A stretch of 64,000 nucleotides of DNA from Gammaproteobacteria bacterium (GCA_029210875.1 JARGFJ010000002.1:5689-69688), one strand, 5' to 3'. Counted from the first letter of the stretch, positions 35,248 through 45,357 are shown. Program-made: numbers and translations. The notes: generated by a model not told the origin, from the sequence alone.

Positions 35248-37470
35248 ATGAGCACACCATCTAGAAAATTGTATATTGCGTTAATTAGCATTCACGGTTT
35301 GATTAGAGGTAAAAATCTTGAGTTGGGTCGTGATGCGGATACTGGCGGTCAAACATTATATGTGCTTGAGTTGGCTCACGCTTTAAGTCGTCATCCTGAG
35401 GTAGCCAGAGTTGATTTGATCACACGGCTGGTGATTGATGAGTCTGTTGCTACTGATTATCAGATTCCAATAGAGCCGCTTTCTAATAATTTACGTATTG
35501 TGCGAATAGAAGCGGGGCCTGAGCGTTATATCGCCAAGGAACAATTATGGGATTATTTAGATGGCTTTGCCGATAATCTAGCCCAGTTTTTTAACGAGAA
35601 TGATGCTTTTCCAGATTTAATCCACAGTCATTATGCTGATGCCGGGCTAGTTGCAGTTCACTTGTCCAATTTGCTTGCTATACCCTTGATTCATACAGGG
35701 CATTCTCTTGGCAGAGTAAAACGCAGTCGATTGCTGGCAAGCGGACTGAAACCGGATGAAATTGAACACGACTATAATATGTCGCGTCGTATTGAAGCGG
35801 AAGAGCTGACATTAGCTACAGCGAAACGCGTTATCACTAGTACACATCAGGAAATTGAACAACAATACGAATTATATGATTATTATCAGCCAGATTTAAT
35901 GCGTGTTATTCCTCCCGGCACAGATCTGACTAAATTTAAACCTCCGGTAGGCAATGAAGCACAATCGGCCGTCTATCAACTGTTGGTTGAATATCTAAAT
36001 CAACCTGATAAACCAATGATTTTAGCTCTATCTCGACCTGATATACGGAAAAATATAGGTATTTTAATAGAAGCGTTTGGGCAATCTATTGAGTTACAAA
36101 AATTAGCTAATTTGGTCATTATCGCTGGCAACAGAGATGATATTGACGATCTTGAGCTGGGTGCGCAAGAAGTGTTTCATGATCTGTTAGTAGCAATTGA
36201 TCGTTATAACCTCTATGGCAAAGTAGCAATGCCCAAACATCATAAGCGTGAACAGGTACCGATGATTTATAGTGTCGCTGCCAATAGTGGTGGCATATTT
36301 GTTAATCCTGCTTTGACAGAACCATTTGGATTGACATTGATCGAAGCAGCGGCATCTGGATTACCAGTCGTTGCAACTGAAGATGGTGGCCCACAAGATA
36401 TTATTGGTAACTGCCGCAACGGTGTTTTAATCGATCCGCTTGATGCGAATAACATCAGTAACGTGTTATTACTGTTACTGAAAGATAGTTCGTTACGACA
36501 AGGCTATATCAAAAATGGTTTGAAAGGCGTACGCGAGCACTATTCATGGCAGGCACATGCAGTTTCATATTTGGAGATGGTTCAGCCTATTATTGCTGAT
36601 TCAGAATTGTTGCATGGAAAACCTGTCGAGCGTCGGGCTAGATTGAACGTGGAACTCGCCATAGAAAAAGAGTCACCATACAAACCTGTAAAACGAAGAA
36701 CCAGATTGTATTCTGACCGTGCTATTGTCAGCGAATTAGACTTAAATTTGATTGGTGATGATGATGCATTGCAGCAGCTTTGTAATAAGATCCGGCAACA
36801 TCGTAAAACAACAAAATTTGCTATATGCACCGGTCGCAGGCTGGATATGGCATTACGAATTATGCGTAAGCATGCGATTCCAGAACCAGATATTCTGATT
36901 ACCAGTGGTGGCACGGAAATTTATCATGCACCGGAATTAAGTGCTGATACAGCTTGGGCCAGACATATCGATTATCAATGGACACCTCATAAAATAACGG
37001 CATTGTTAGACGGTTATCCCGGGCTAGAAAAACAAGCAAAGTTAGAACAAAGTCGGTTTAAACTCAGTTATTACATTGACCCTAATGTGGCGGATATCGA
37101 CGAAATAAAACGGTTATTACTGCAAGAGGAACAGTCGGTTCATGTTCAAATGGCATTTGGTCAATTTCTTGATATTTTGCCGATGCGAGCATCAAAAGGA
37201 ATGGCTTTACGCTATGTGGCAGACCGTTGGCAGATCCCACTTGAGCGTGTTTTTGTCGCTGGCGGTTCTGGTGCTGATGAGGACATGATGCGAGGCAATA
37301 CGTTGGCTGCCGTTGTAGCAAATCGACATCATGAAGAATTATCACAATTGACCGATGTTGAAAAAATCTATTTTTCAAGCAAACCTTTTGCTGCTGGTAT
37401 TCTAGAGGCGATTGAGTATTACGACTTTTTTAATCAGTGCCGAGATCCGAAGCAACGCCATTCCCTATGA
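35248..37470 (+). CDS. sps: sucrose-phosphate synthase (GT4 domain plus C-terminal SPP-like domain)
   Basis: 740 aa. 'YIALISIHGLIRGKNLELGRDADTGGQTLYVLELA', 'NPALTEPFGLTLIEAAASGLPVVAT', and a C-terminal HAD-like domain ('ASKGMALRY', 'AGGSGADEDM'). Confidence 0.9.
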   Translation: MSTPSRKLYIALISIHGLIRGKNLELGRDADTGGQTLYVLELAHALSRHPEVARVDLITRLVIDESVATDYQIPIEPLSNNLRIVRIEAGPERYIAKEQLWDYLDGFADNLAQFFNENDAFPDLIHSHYADAGLVAVHLSNLLAIPLIHTGHSLGRVKRSRLLASGLKPDEIEHDYNMSRRIEAEELTLATAKRVITSTHQEIEQQYELYDYYQPDLMRVIPPGTDLTKFKPPVGNEAQSAVYQLLVEYLNQPDKPMILALSRPDIRKNIGILIEAFGQSIELQKLANLVIIAGNRDDIDDLELGAQEVFHDLLVAIDRYNLYGKVAMPKHHKREQVPMIYSVAANSGGIFVNPALTEPFGLTLIEAAASGLPVVATEDGGPQDIIGNCRNGVLIDPLDANNISNVLLLLLKDSSLRQGYIKNGLKGVREHYSWQAHAVSYLEMVQPIIADSELLHGKPVERRARLNVELAIEKESPYKPVKRRTRLYSDRAIVSELDLNLIGDDDALQQLCNKIRQHRKTTKFAICTGRRLDMALRIMRKHAIPEPDILITSGGTEIYHAPELSADTAWARHIDYQWTPHKITALLDGYPGLEKQAKLEQSRFKLSYYIDPNVADIDEIKRLLLQEEQSVHVQMAFGQFLDILPMRASKGMALRYVADRWQIPLERVFVAGGSGADEDMMRGNTLAAVVANRHHEELSQLTDVEKIYFSSKPFAAGILEAIEYYDFFNQCRDPKQRHSL

Positions 37471-38315
37471 AGCAACGTCGATTACTATTATGTACAGACA
37501 TGGATAGAACGGTTATTCCAAATGGTACTCAGTCAGAACACCCAGATGCTCGGCTGCGATTTAGACAATTTTGTCAGCATCCTGGTGTGGCACTGGTTTA
37601 TGTGACTGGGCGTGATAAAAAGCTGGTACAGCAAGCGATTAAAAATTATCACTTACCACTTGCTAATTATGCCATTACAGATGTTGGTACTAAGATTTAT
37701 GTAATAGAACACGGTAGTTGGGTCGCATTAGATGCGTGGGAATTTGAAATTGGTAAAAGCTGGAATGGTAAAAATCATTATCAAATAAAACAGATTTTAA
37801 GCCATATTCCTGAACTGCTGTTACAGGAGAGCACGAAACAAAATACACATAAAGTCAGTTATTACTTGCCACTTTATAGTGATAAAGAGGGTGTGATCCA
37901 ACAAATGAGAACGTGTTTAAAAGATAGTGGTGTTGAGGCCAGTGTGATTTGGAGCATTGATGAACTTAAGAAAATAGGCTTAATAGATGTATTGCCTCAA
38001 AATGCTAACAAGTTACATGCAATTGAATTTTTACAACACTATTTAGGTTATACCCTCGAAGAAACGGTTTTTGCAGGGGATAGTGGTAATGATTTACCGG
38101 TATTGGTCAGTCCTATCCAATCTATTTTGGTTGATAATGCCACCGCTGAAATCAAAGCAACGGCACAGCAATTAGCCAGGGAAAATGGCCATGAACAGGC
38201 ATTGTATATTGCTAAACCTAACGCGTTTAACATGAATGCTAATTATTCTGCTGGTGTGTTAGAAGGAATTTGGCATTTTGCCCCCCAATTTCATGATGTA
38301 CTACGATCAGATTGA
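37467..38315 (+). CDS. spp: sucrose-6-phosphate phosphatase (HAD-IIB)
   Basis: 'LLLCTDMDRTV' carries DxDxT, plus 'VTGRD' and 'AGDSGNDL'. ATGA overlap with the sps stop. Confidence 0.8.
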   Translation: MKQRRLLLCTDMDRTVIPNGTQSEHPDARLRFRQFCQHPGVALVYVTGRDKKLVQQAIKNYHLPLANYAITDVGTKIYVIEHGSWVALDAWEFEIGKSWNGKNHYQIKQILSHIPELLLQESTKQNTHKVSYYLPLYSDKEGVIQQMRTCLKDSGVEASVIWSIDELKKIGLIDVLPQNANKLHAIEFLQHYLGYTLEETVFAGDSGNDLPVLVSPIQSILVDNATAEIKATAQQLARENGHEQALYIAKPNAFNMNANYSAGVLEGIWHFAPQFHDVLRSD

Positions 38316-38323
38316 GGTTCAAT

Positions 38324-39202
38324 ATGAACGATCATAAGCAGGTAGTTATTTTTGGAGAGGTATTATTCGACTGTTTTGCAACAGAAGAACAAATTTTAGG
38401 GGGAGCACCGTTTAATGTTGCATGGCATCTAAATGCATTTGGTGATGATCCTAAATTTATTTCCAGGGTTGGTGACGATCAACAAGGTCACACCATTGTC
38501 AAAGCAATGACTGACTGGGGTATGGATACCAACTATATCCAAGTCGATAATCAATACCCGACAGGAAGGGTGGATGTCACTGTCATTGATAATGAGCCTC
38601 ACTATGACATCGTTTCAAATGTTGCTTATGATTTTATTGAACACATACACAAGCCAAATTTTCTGGGCACAGGCCTTATTTATCATGGCAGTTTGGCATT
38701 ACGTAATCAACACGCTAATCATGCCTTCGAGCACTTGCTTGAACATACCAGTTTACCCGTATTTGTTGACGTTAATTTACGTCCACCGTGGTGGAATAAA
38801 CACAAAATTGAACAGTGCTTATATCGGGCAACATGGGCTAAGTTAAATAAAGACGAGTTAGGTTTGATTGGATTCAATCAAGCTGACATCAAACTAGCAA
38901 TAGCTCAATTACAAAGGGAATTTCAGTTAGATCAGGTCATTATTACACGAGGTGAACTGGGTGCACTTGTTTGTACGAAAAATCATCAATTTCATAATGT
39001 GAAGCCACCTGATGTTAATAAATTTGTTGATACAGTCGGTGCTGGAGATGCTTTTACGGCACGCTATATTCATGGTTTAGTGTCTGATGAAGCTATAGAT
39101 GACACCATTGATGCAGCCCAGAAATTTGCAATCAAGGTAATAGGTTTACGCGGTGCAATCTCAACCGATCCTGATTTTTATAAGGACTTTATCGTTGTGT
39201 GA
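38324..39202 (+). CDS. fructokinase (PfkB family)
   Basis: 'VVIFGEVLFD...GGAPFNVA' and 'DTVGAGDAFTA'. GAGGT RBS before the ATG at 38324. Confidence 0.8.
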   Translation: MNDHKQVVIFGEVLFDCFATEEQILGGAPFNVAWHLNAFGDDPKFISRVGDDQQGHTIVKAMTDWGMDTNYIQVDNQYPTGRVDVTVIDNEPHYDIVSNVAYDFIEHIHKPNFLGTGLIYHGSLALRNQHANHAFEHLLEHTSLPVFVDVNLRPPWWNKHKIEQCLYRATWAKLNKDELGLIGFNQADIKLAIAQLQREFQLDQVIITRGELGALVCTKNHQFHNVKPPDVNKFVDTVGAGDAFTARYIHGLVSDEAIDDTIDAAQKFAIKVIGLRGAISTDPDFYKDFIVV

Positions 39203-39370
39203 AAAGCGTTCTGAATGCTACACCATAACTAATATGAATACTGGATAAGAAACAGCGCTCACTAGAACTGCTGTGTTTAACAGCCTGATTACATTAGGGA
39301 AATAGAGTCTTGCACTATCCCTTATCCAGGATTCAGGTTAAATAAAATAAAATAATACAATGAGAAACGT

Positions 39371-41326
39371 ATGTACGAACAAGTCTCACATTCTTTATTA
39401 AATGATATTCTCAACCACATTAAACCTGAAATTTCACGACAGGATTTGCGCCATTTTTATACGCGGCTTGGTGCTAATTTTTATGCGATTCATTCATTAT
39501 TTTACAAGTTATATGGTCAGCGAGATGACTTTGAACAACAGGCACAACGTCTGGTTGAAACGATGGCCAGACAATATCTCAATCGTTCAGATAAATTAAA
39601 ACAGCTCGATATCATTAGAGAAAAAGACTACAACTGGTTTTTAAGTCAGAAATGGGTTGGCATGGCACTTTATAGCAATGGTTTTGCTGGTAATTTAAAA
39701 GGCATGAAATCACATTTAAATTACGTTCAAGACTTAGGTGTCAACCTGCTGCACATAATGCCAATATTACGTTGTCCAGAAGGCCACAGTGATGGTGGTT
39801 ATGCTGTCAGTGATTTTCGGGAAATTGACCCAAGGATAGGTACCTTAGATGACTTGCATGACTTAGCCGAGGCAATGCAGCAGCGTGATATGTTGCTAAC
39901 ACTTGATGTGGTTTTAAATCACACCTCAAATGAACATGAATGGGCACAACAAGCGCGTGCTGGTAGCCCTGATTATCAAGATTATTATTACACCTTCGAC
40001 AGTCGTAATATCCCCGATATGTTTGAACAAAGCATGCCTGAAATTTTCCCGGAAAATGCACCCGGTAATTTTACCTGGGACCAAGAAATGGGTCGTTGGG
40101 TAATGACCGTATTTAATAGCTACCAATGGGATCTTAATTACAGTAATCCGGCTGTATTTATTGAAATGCTGGATATTATTTTGTTTTGGGCCAATCAAGG
40201 GGCTGATATTTTACGCTTGGATGCTGTTGCTTTTTTGTGGAAAAAAATTGGCAGTTCCTGTCAAAATGAACGAGAGGCACATTTGATTTTGCAGTTGTTG
40301 AAAGACTGTTGTCAGGTAACCTGTCCCGGTGTTTTGTTTATTGCGGAAGCGATTGTGGCACCGGTAGAAGTGACTAAATACTTCGGTGAAGATGCTGTTA
40401 TAGCTAAAGAGTGTGAGATTGCTTATAACGCCACCTTCATGGCATTAATGTGGGATGCCGTTGCAACTAAAAATGCCAAATTATTAAATCAAGGTATTAA
40501 AAGTCTGCCGGTTAAATTAGAACGAGCAACCTGGTTAAATTATATACGTTGTCATGATGATATTGGCTTAGGATTTGATGACCAAGACATTGTTTTGGCT
40601 GGTTATAATCCGGCTAATCACCGCAAATTTATTATTGATTATTTCATCGGTAAGTTTGATGATTCACATGCCAGAGGTGTGCCATTTGGCCAAAATGATA
40701 AAACCGGTGATGCCAGAATATCTGGCTCATTAGCATCATTAATCGGTCTGCAATATGCCATTGAATTGGGTGATGAAAAGGCAATTGAGAATGCTATTAA
40801 AGCGATATTGCTGTTACATGGTCTAATCTTATCCTTCGGTGGAATTCCGTTGATTTATTATGGTGATGAAATTGGTACATGGAATGATTCAAACTATCTT
40901 AACGAGCCTGAAAAGATGGGCGATAGTCGCTGGGTGCATCGTCCGACCATAGATTGGAATAAAGCCAATCGTAGACACACATCAGGCACTATTGAATACA
41001 AGCTATTTAGTGCAATTAAGAGAATGATTGCTGTTCGAAAAGAAATTGAAGTGTTTGCTGATTTTAATAATCGCGAGCTGATCGAATCGAATAATCCTCA
41101 TTTATTTGTTTTTGGTCGTTATAATCTAATTAAACCAAGTGAAGAAGTGTTGGTTGTGGCTAATTTTGATGTGAAACCACAATCACTTGCCCTAACTGAT
41201 GTGAAAAATTGGGCGAGTGGTCAGCGAGGGCAGTTGGTTGATTTATACAGTGGACAAAAACCTGACTTATTTAAAAAGACATTGATTATTCCACCACTAA
41301 CATTTTATTGGTTAACAGAAGTTTAA
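39371..41326 (+). CDS. ams: amylosucrase (GH13)
   Basis: 651 aa. GH13 regions 'DVVLNHTS', 'GADILRLDAVAF' (nucleophile Asp), 'FIAEAI' (acid/base Glu) and 'YIRCHDDIG'. Confidence 0.88.
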   Translation: MYEQVSHSLLNDILNHIKPEISRQDLRHFYTRLGANFYAIHSLFYKLYGQRDDFEQQAQRLVETMARQYLNRSDKLKQLDIIREKDYNWFLSQKWVGMALYSNGFAGNLKGMKSHLNYVQDLGVNLLHIMPILRCPEGHSDGGYAVSDFREIDPRIGTLDDLHDLAEAMQQRDMLLTLDVVLNHTSNEHEWAQQARAGSPDYQDYYYTFDSRNIPDMFEQSMPEIFPENAPGNFTWDQEMGRWVMTVFNSYQWDLNYSNPAVFIEMLDIILFWANQGADILRLDAVAFLWKKIGSSCQNEREAHLILQLLKDCCQVTCPGVLFIAEAIVAPVEVTKYFGEDAVIAKECEIAYNATFMALMWDAVATKNAKLLNQGIKSLPVKLERATWLNYIRCHDDIGLGFDDQDIVLAGYNPANHRKFIIDYFIGKFDDSHARGVPFGQNDKTGDARISGSLASLIGLQYAIELGDEKAIENAIKAILLLHGLILSFGGIPLIYYGDEIGTWNDSNYLNEPEKMGDSRWVHRPTIDWNKANRRHTSGTIEYKLFSAIKRMIAVRKEIEVFADFNNRELIESNNPHLFVFGRYNLIKPSEEVLVVANFDVKPQSLALTDVKNWASGQRGQLVDLYSGQKPDLFKKTLIIPPLTFYWLTEV

Positions 41327-41384
41327 AGGTTAACTAACTCCATTTATGCTAATAAAGACTTGGCTCTGTTCTTCCATATACAGG

Positions 41385-41624
41385 TTAACTAAAATTAATT
41401 TTAGCTTCTAAATCGTTGCGAGAATCAGCATTGTGTGATGCTTGTTCTAATGTAATACGGCAAACTTTATACAGATCAAGCAAGGCATCATCAAAGAGAC
41501 GCATACCTTTGTTACCACTGTTGACCATTGCTTGTTTAATTTTGCCCAAAGTGACGTTCAATACCAAATCTGAAATATGAGCTGTATTTAACATGACCTC
41601 AATGGCAACACAGCGCTTACACAA
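41385..41624 (-). pseudogene. 3' fragment of a PilT/PilU-family twitching-motility ATPase
   Basis: 'AIEVMLNTAHISDLVL...IKQAMVNSGNKGMRLFDDALLDLYKVCRITLEQASHNADSRNDLEAKI' matches only the last ~70 aa of PilT/PilU. The Walker motifs and the whole N-terminal 3/4 are absent. Confidence 0.6.
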
Positions 41625-41878
41625 CCATCAGAAATAATATAAGTGATTCCGCGAATCCGAAAATACTAAGCTAAGATAATCCTCATGCTTGAGAGCAATA
41701 TCAAAAGTTAATTTTAAAAAAATATATCAGCCTTACATCTAGAATTTACTTTAACTTCCAACGCCACCATTTTGATAAAAAAGTAGTCATCCTTTCAGCT
41801 GTTTTTAGCTTATCTCCCACTTTAACAAAATCAAGCTAAGTCATTGTCCGTAAAAGAGGATTTTGTTTGTTCAGATGC

Positions 41879-41907
41879 TTGACAGCGACTATTGTCACTC
41901 CTATAGT
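41879..41907 (+). promoter_or_regulatory. dcw (Pmra-type) sigma70 promoter
   Basis: TTGACA (41879-41884), a 17-nt spacer, then TATAGT (41902-41907), 56 nt upstream of mraZ. Confidence 0.6.
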
Positions 41908-41915
41908 GTCATTTA

Positions 41916-41940
41916 GTGGGTAAAAGTGGATCAAAGTGGA
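41916..41940 (+). promoter_or_regulatory. three direct GTGG(G/A) repeats at 10-bp spacing: putative MraZ operator
   Basis: GTGGG TAAAA GTGGA TCAAA GTGGA, directly downstream of the -10 box. This resembles the TGGGN-N5 triple repeat bound by E. coli MraZ. Confidence 0.55.
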
Positions 41941-41962
41941 TCAAACAAACTAAGGACAATAT

Positions 41963-42415
41963 GTGTTTCGAGGCGTAGCAACTTTCAATCTGGATGCAAA
42001 AGGACGGATGGCCATTCCAGCCAAGTTCCGTAAGCATCTTGACGTCTGTTGTGAAGGGAGATTGATCGTGACAATTGATCATTCTGATCACTGTTTACAG
42101 CTTTACCCTATGCCCGAGTGGGAGGCAGTAGAACAAAAATTATCTGCTCTGCCAAGTTTAAATCCGCAAGTTCGTCGTTTGAAACGAATGTTGTTGGGTT
42201 ATGCAACAGAGTGTGAGATGGATGGTAACGGCCGTATTTTGCTTCCAGCCAAGCTACGTGAATTTGCTGGTATTGAAAAAAATACGGTCATGATTGGTCA
42301 AGGTAATAAGTTTGAGTTGTGGGATGAGCACACTTGGAACACCTTGATGGATGAATGTCTGGAAGAAGATTTTGACGGTATTTTACCGGCCGAACTAGAA
42401 AGCCTATCCATTTAG
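41963..42415 (+). CDS. mraZ: transcriptional regulator MraZ
   Basis: '[22 protein letters not shown]' and a second SpoVT/AbrB half '[13 protein letters not shown]'. GTG start. Confidence 0.93.
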   Translation: MFRGVATFNLDAKGRMAIPAKFRKHLDVCCEGRLIVTIDHSDHCLQLYPMPEWEAVEQKLSALPSLNPQVRRLKRMLLGYATECEMDGNGRILLPAKLREFAGIEKNTVMIGQGNKFELWDEHTWNTLMDECLEEDFDGILPAELESLSI

Positions 42416-42425
42416 GGCAAAATGT

Positions 42426-43364
42426 ATGACCGAGAGCTACTCAGAACATTTACCCGTCCTGTTGAACGAGACAGTTGCCGCATTAGCGGTTAAACCTGAT
42501 GGTATTTATATTGATGGTACCTTTGGCCGTGGTGGACATGCTCGCGCTATCTTAGCCCAATTATCTGATAAAGGTCGTTTACTTGGCTTGGATAAAGATC
42601 CTGCTGCAATTGCAGAAGGTCAGAAATTAGCTCAAGTTGATCAACGCTTTAGCATTGAACAATGTTCTTTTGCTGAACTCTCTTCACAGGTATATGACCA
42701 TCTCTGGCAAGGCAAGGTCGACGGCATTCTGTTAGATATCGGTGTGTCTTCACCTCAACTTGATGTTGCTGAACGCGGTTTTAGTTTCCAAAAAGAGGGT
42801 CCGCTTGATATGCGGATGAATCCTGATGCCGGTATGAGTGCAGCGCAATGGTTGGCAATTGCAGAAATGGACGAGATTGCCACGGTGCTTAAAACGCTGG
42901 GTGAAGAACGTTTTGGAAAACGGATTGCAAGAGCAATTGTCGAAACACGTGAACACACACCTATAACCACAACCAAACAATTAGCGAACCTGATTGATAA
43001 AGCCAGTCCATTTCGTGAAAAACACAAACATCCGGCAACACGTAGTTTTCAAGCTATTCGTATTTTTATTAATAATGAATTAGGTGAATTAGAGTTGGCA
43101 TTACAGCAGGCTGTTGATGTATTGGCTGTTGGTGGCCGACTTGCTGTGATTAGTTTTCATTCTTTAGAAGATCGTATCGTTAAGCGTTTTTTCCGTGATC
43201 AAGCGCGCGGTGATGATTTACCTGCTAACTTTCCTGTTACAGCGGATCAACTTAATCCTAAAATTCGCCTGGTTGGTAAGGCTGTTAAGGCTGGTGATGC
43301 TGAGCTGGCCCAAAATCCAAGAGCCCGTAGTGCAGTGCTTCGCATAGCGGAGAAATTAGCATGA
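42426..43364 (+). CDS. rsmH: 16S rRNA (cytosine1402-N4)-methyltransferase
   Basis: '[10 protein letters not shown]', '[10 protein letters not shown]', '[10 protein letters not shown]' and '[12 protein letters not shown]'. Confidence 0.93.
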   Translation: MTESYSEHLPVLLNETVAALAVKPDGIYIDGTFGRGGHARAILAQLSDKGRLLGLDKDPAAIAEGQKLAQVDQRFSIEQCSFAELSSQVYDHLWQGKVDGILLDIGVSSPQLDVAERGFSFQKEGPLDMRMNPDAGMSAAQWLAIAEMDEIATVLKTLGEERFGKRIARAIVETREHTPITTTKQLANLIDKASPFREKHKHPATRSFQAIRIFINNELGELELALQQAVDVLAVGGRLAVISFHSLEDRIVKRFFRDQARGDDLPANFPVTADQLNPKIRLVGKAVKAGDAELAQNPRARSAVLRIAEKLA

Positions 43365-43654
43365 GTTTTGGCTATGTTATCGAACAACTTCGCGCTCATT
43401 TTCCTATAGTGATCATGATTGCCTTATTGTTAGTTTCGGCAATATCCGTGATTTATACCAAGCATAAAACTCGGATAGAGTTCGTCATCCTTCAGAAATT
43501 AGAACAACATCGTGACAACCTCAATGAAGAATGGGGCAGGTTACTGTTAGAACAAAGTACATGGGCTACTCCGGGTCGAATCCAACAACAAGCACAACAA
43601 CGTTTGAATATGATTGTACCTTCTGCTGACATGATTGTAGTGGTGCAACCATGA
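43361..43654 (+). CDS. ftsL: cell division protein FtsL
   Basis: 97-aa bitopic protein with a coiled-coil region. Located between rsmH and ftsI, with ATGA overlaps on both sides. Confidence 0.85.
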   Translation: MSFGYVIEQLRAHFPIVIMIALLLVSAISVIYTKHKTRIEFVILQKLEQHRDNLNEEWGRLLLEQSTWATPGRIQQQAQQRLNMIVPSADMIVVVQP

Positions 43655-45357
43655 GTCGGCACAATCAGTCATCCAACCACACCAATGTTTGGCGCTTGAA
43701 CCTCGTTAAACTCGTGTTTGTTGGCTTGGTATTGGGTCTTAGCTATCGACTTGCAGATATTCAGGTTATTCACCCTGATTTTTTAAGAAATCAAGGTGAT
43801 GCGCGTCATCTCAGAAAAGTACCGATTGTTGCTCATCGAGGCATGATTGTAGATCGCCATGGTGAGCCGCTCGCCATTAGTACGCCTGTATTTTCAGTGT
43901 GGATGAATCCGCAAGAAATGACCAAAGATACACAGGTGGTTAAGGCCTTGGCCAAGGCCATAAATCTTGATAGTAAAACTATCAGTCGTAAGCTTAAACA
44001 AAATAAAAATCGAGAATTTGTTTATTTAAAACGTCGTGTTACCCCTGCAATTGTTGAAAAAGTAGAAGCACTGAATATTGCCGGTGTATCACTTCAACGC
44101 GAATACAAGCGTTATTATCCCGCTGGCGAAGTGGCTGCTCATATCATTGGTTTTACTAATGTTGATGATCATGGTCAGGAAGGTTTAGAACTTACCTATA
44201 ATGATATTTTAACTGGTGTACCAGGCCTGGAACGGATGGTACGAGATAGTAAGGGTAATTTCGTAGAAGGTGGTGAACAATTAAAAGCAGCTAAGCATGG
44301 TGAAAGCATTAAGCTAAGCATCGATTTACGTTTGCAATATTTAGCTTATCAATCACTTAAAGCGGCTGTAAATAAACATCAAGCGCGTTCCGGTACAGCA
44401 GTTATTCTTGATGTCAATACTGGAGAAATTTTGGCGATGGTTAATCAACCATCATTTAATCCAAATAATCGTCATGGTTTAAAAAGTAGTGATTTCCGTA
44501 ATCGCGCAGTAACTGATTTATTTGAACCCGGCTCAACGGTGAAACCCTTCACGGTGGCGACAGGGTTGAAGTCAGGCGAATTTACGACTTCAACCATTAT
44601 TGATACGCGTCCGGGTTACATGATGGTGAGTGGTAAGCCCATAAAAGATCACCGTAATTATGGCCAAGTCGATCTTGCAACATTGATCGAAAAATCAAGT
44701 AATGTTGGTTCAAGTAAAATCGCTTTAGCGTTAAAACCTGATTATTTTTGGCAGGGCTTTGCCTCATTTGGATTAGGTGAGCCGACAGGATCGTACTTTC
44801 CAGGTGAGGCACTTGGTCGTCTACCCGATCCACAATCGTGGCGTACCTTAGATAGAGCAATATTGGCCTTTGGCTATGGTGTTTCAACAAGTGCTTTACA
44901 ATTAGCTCGTGCGTACACGGTATTAGGTAATGGTGGCATTTTACGACCAGTGAGTTTTATTGCACGTGAGGAGGCACCCGTTGGTCGACGTGTTTTTTCC
45001 ACTGATATCATGCATAACGTCGTTGATATGATGAAAAAAGTAATCGAACCGGGTGGTACGGCAACACGTGCGGCAGTAGCAAATTATTCTGTGGCAGGTA
45101 AAACAGGTACCGCCAAAAAAGCGGTAGCGGGTGGTTATGCAGATGATCGTTATATCTCAGTATTTGCAGGCGTTATCCCAGCCAATAATCCACGCCTATC
45201 AATGGTTGTTATGGTTGATGACCCACAAGGTAAAGACTATTACGGTGGCTTAGTTGCCGCACCTGTTTTTTCAGAAGTGATGACCGGCGCTATGCGTATT
45301 TTGAATATAGCACCTGATAGCTTGCCAACAACACAATTACTGGTGGCGCAGAAATGA
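43651..45357 (+). CDS. ftsI: peptidoglycan D,D-transpeptidase FtsI (PBP3)
   Basis: Transpeptidase motifs 'STVK', 'SSN' and 'KTGT'. Confidence 0.93.
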   Translation: MSRHNQSSNHTNVWRLNLVKLVFVGLVLGLSYRLADIQVIHPDFLRNQGDARHLRKVPIVAHRGMIVDRHGEPLAISTPVFSVWMNPQEMTKDTQVVKALAKAINLDSKTISRKLKQNKNREFVYLKRRVTPAIVEKVEALNIAGVSLQREYKRYYPAGEVAAHIIGFTNVDDHGQEGLELTYNDILTGVPGLERMVRDSKGNFVEGGEQLKAAKHGESIKLSIDLRLQYLAYQSLKAAVNKHQARSGTAVILDVNTGEILAMVNQPSFNPNNRHGLKSSDFRNRAVTDLFEPGSTVKPFTVATGLKSGEFTTSTIIDTRPGYMMVSGKPIKDHRNYGQVDLATLIEKSSNVGSSKIALALKPDYFWQGFASFGLGEPTGSYFPGEALGRLPDPQSWRTLDRAILAFGYGVSTSALQLARAYTVLGNGGILRPVSFIAREEAPVGRRVFSTDIMHNVVDMMKKVIEPGGTATRAAVANYSVAGKTGTAKKAVAGGYADDRYISVFAGVIPANNPRLSMVVMVDDPQGKDYYGGLVAAPVFSEVMTGAMRILNIAPDSLPTTQLLVAQK

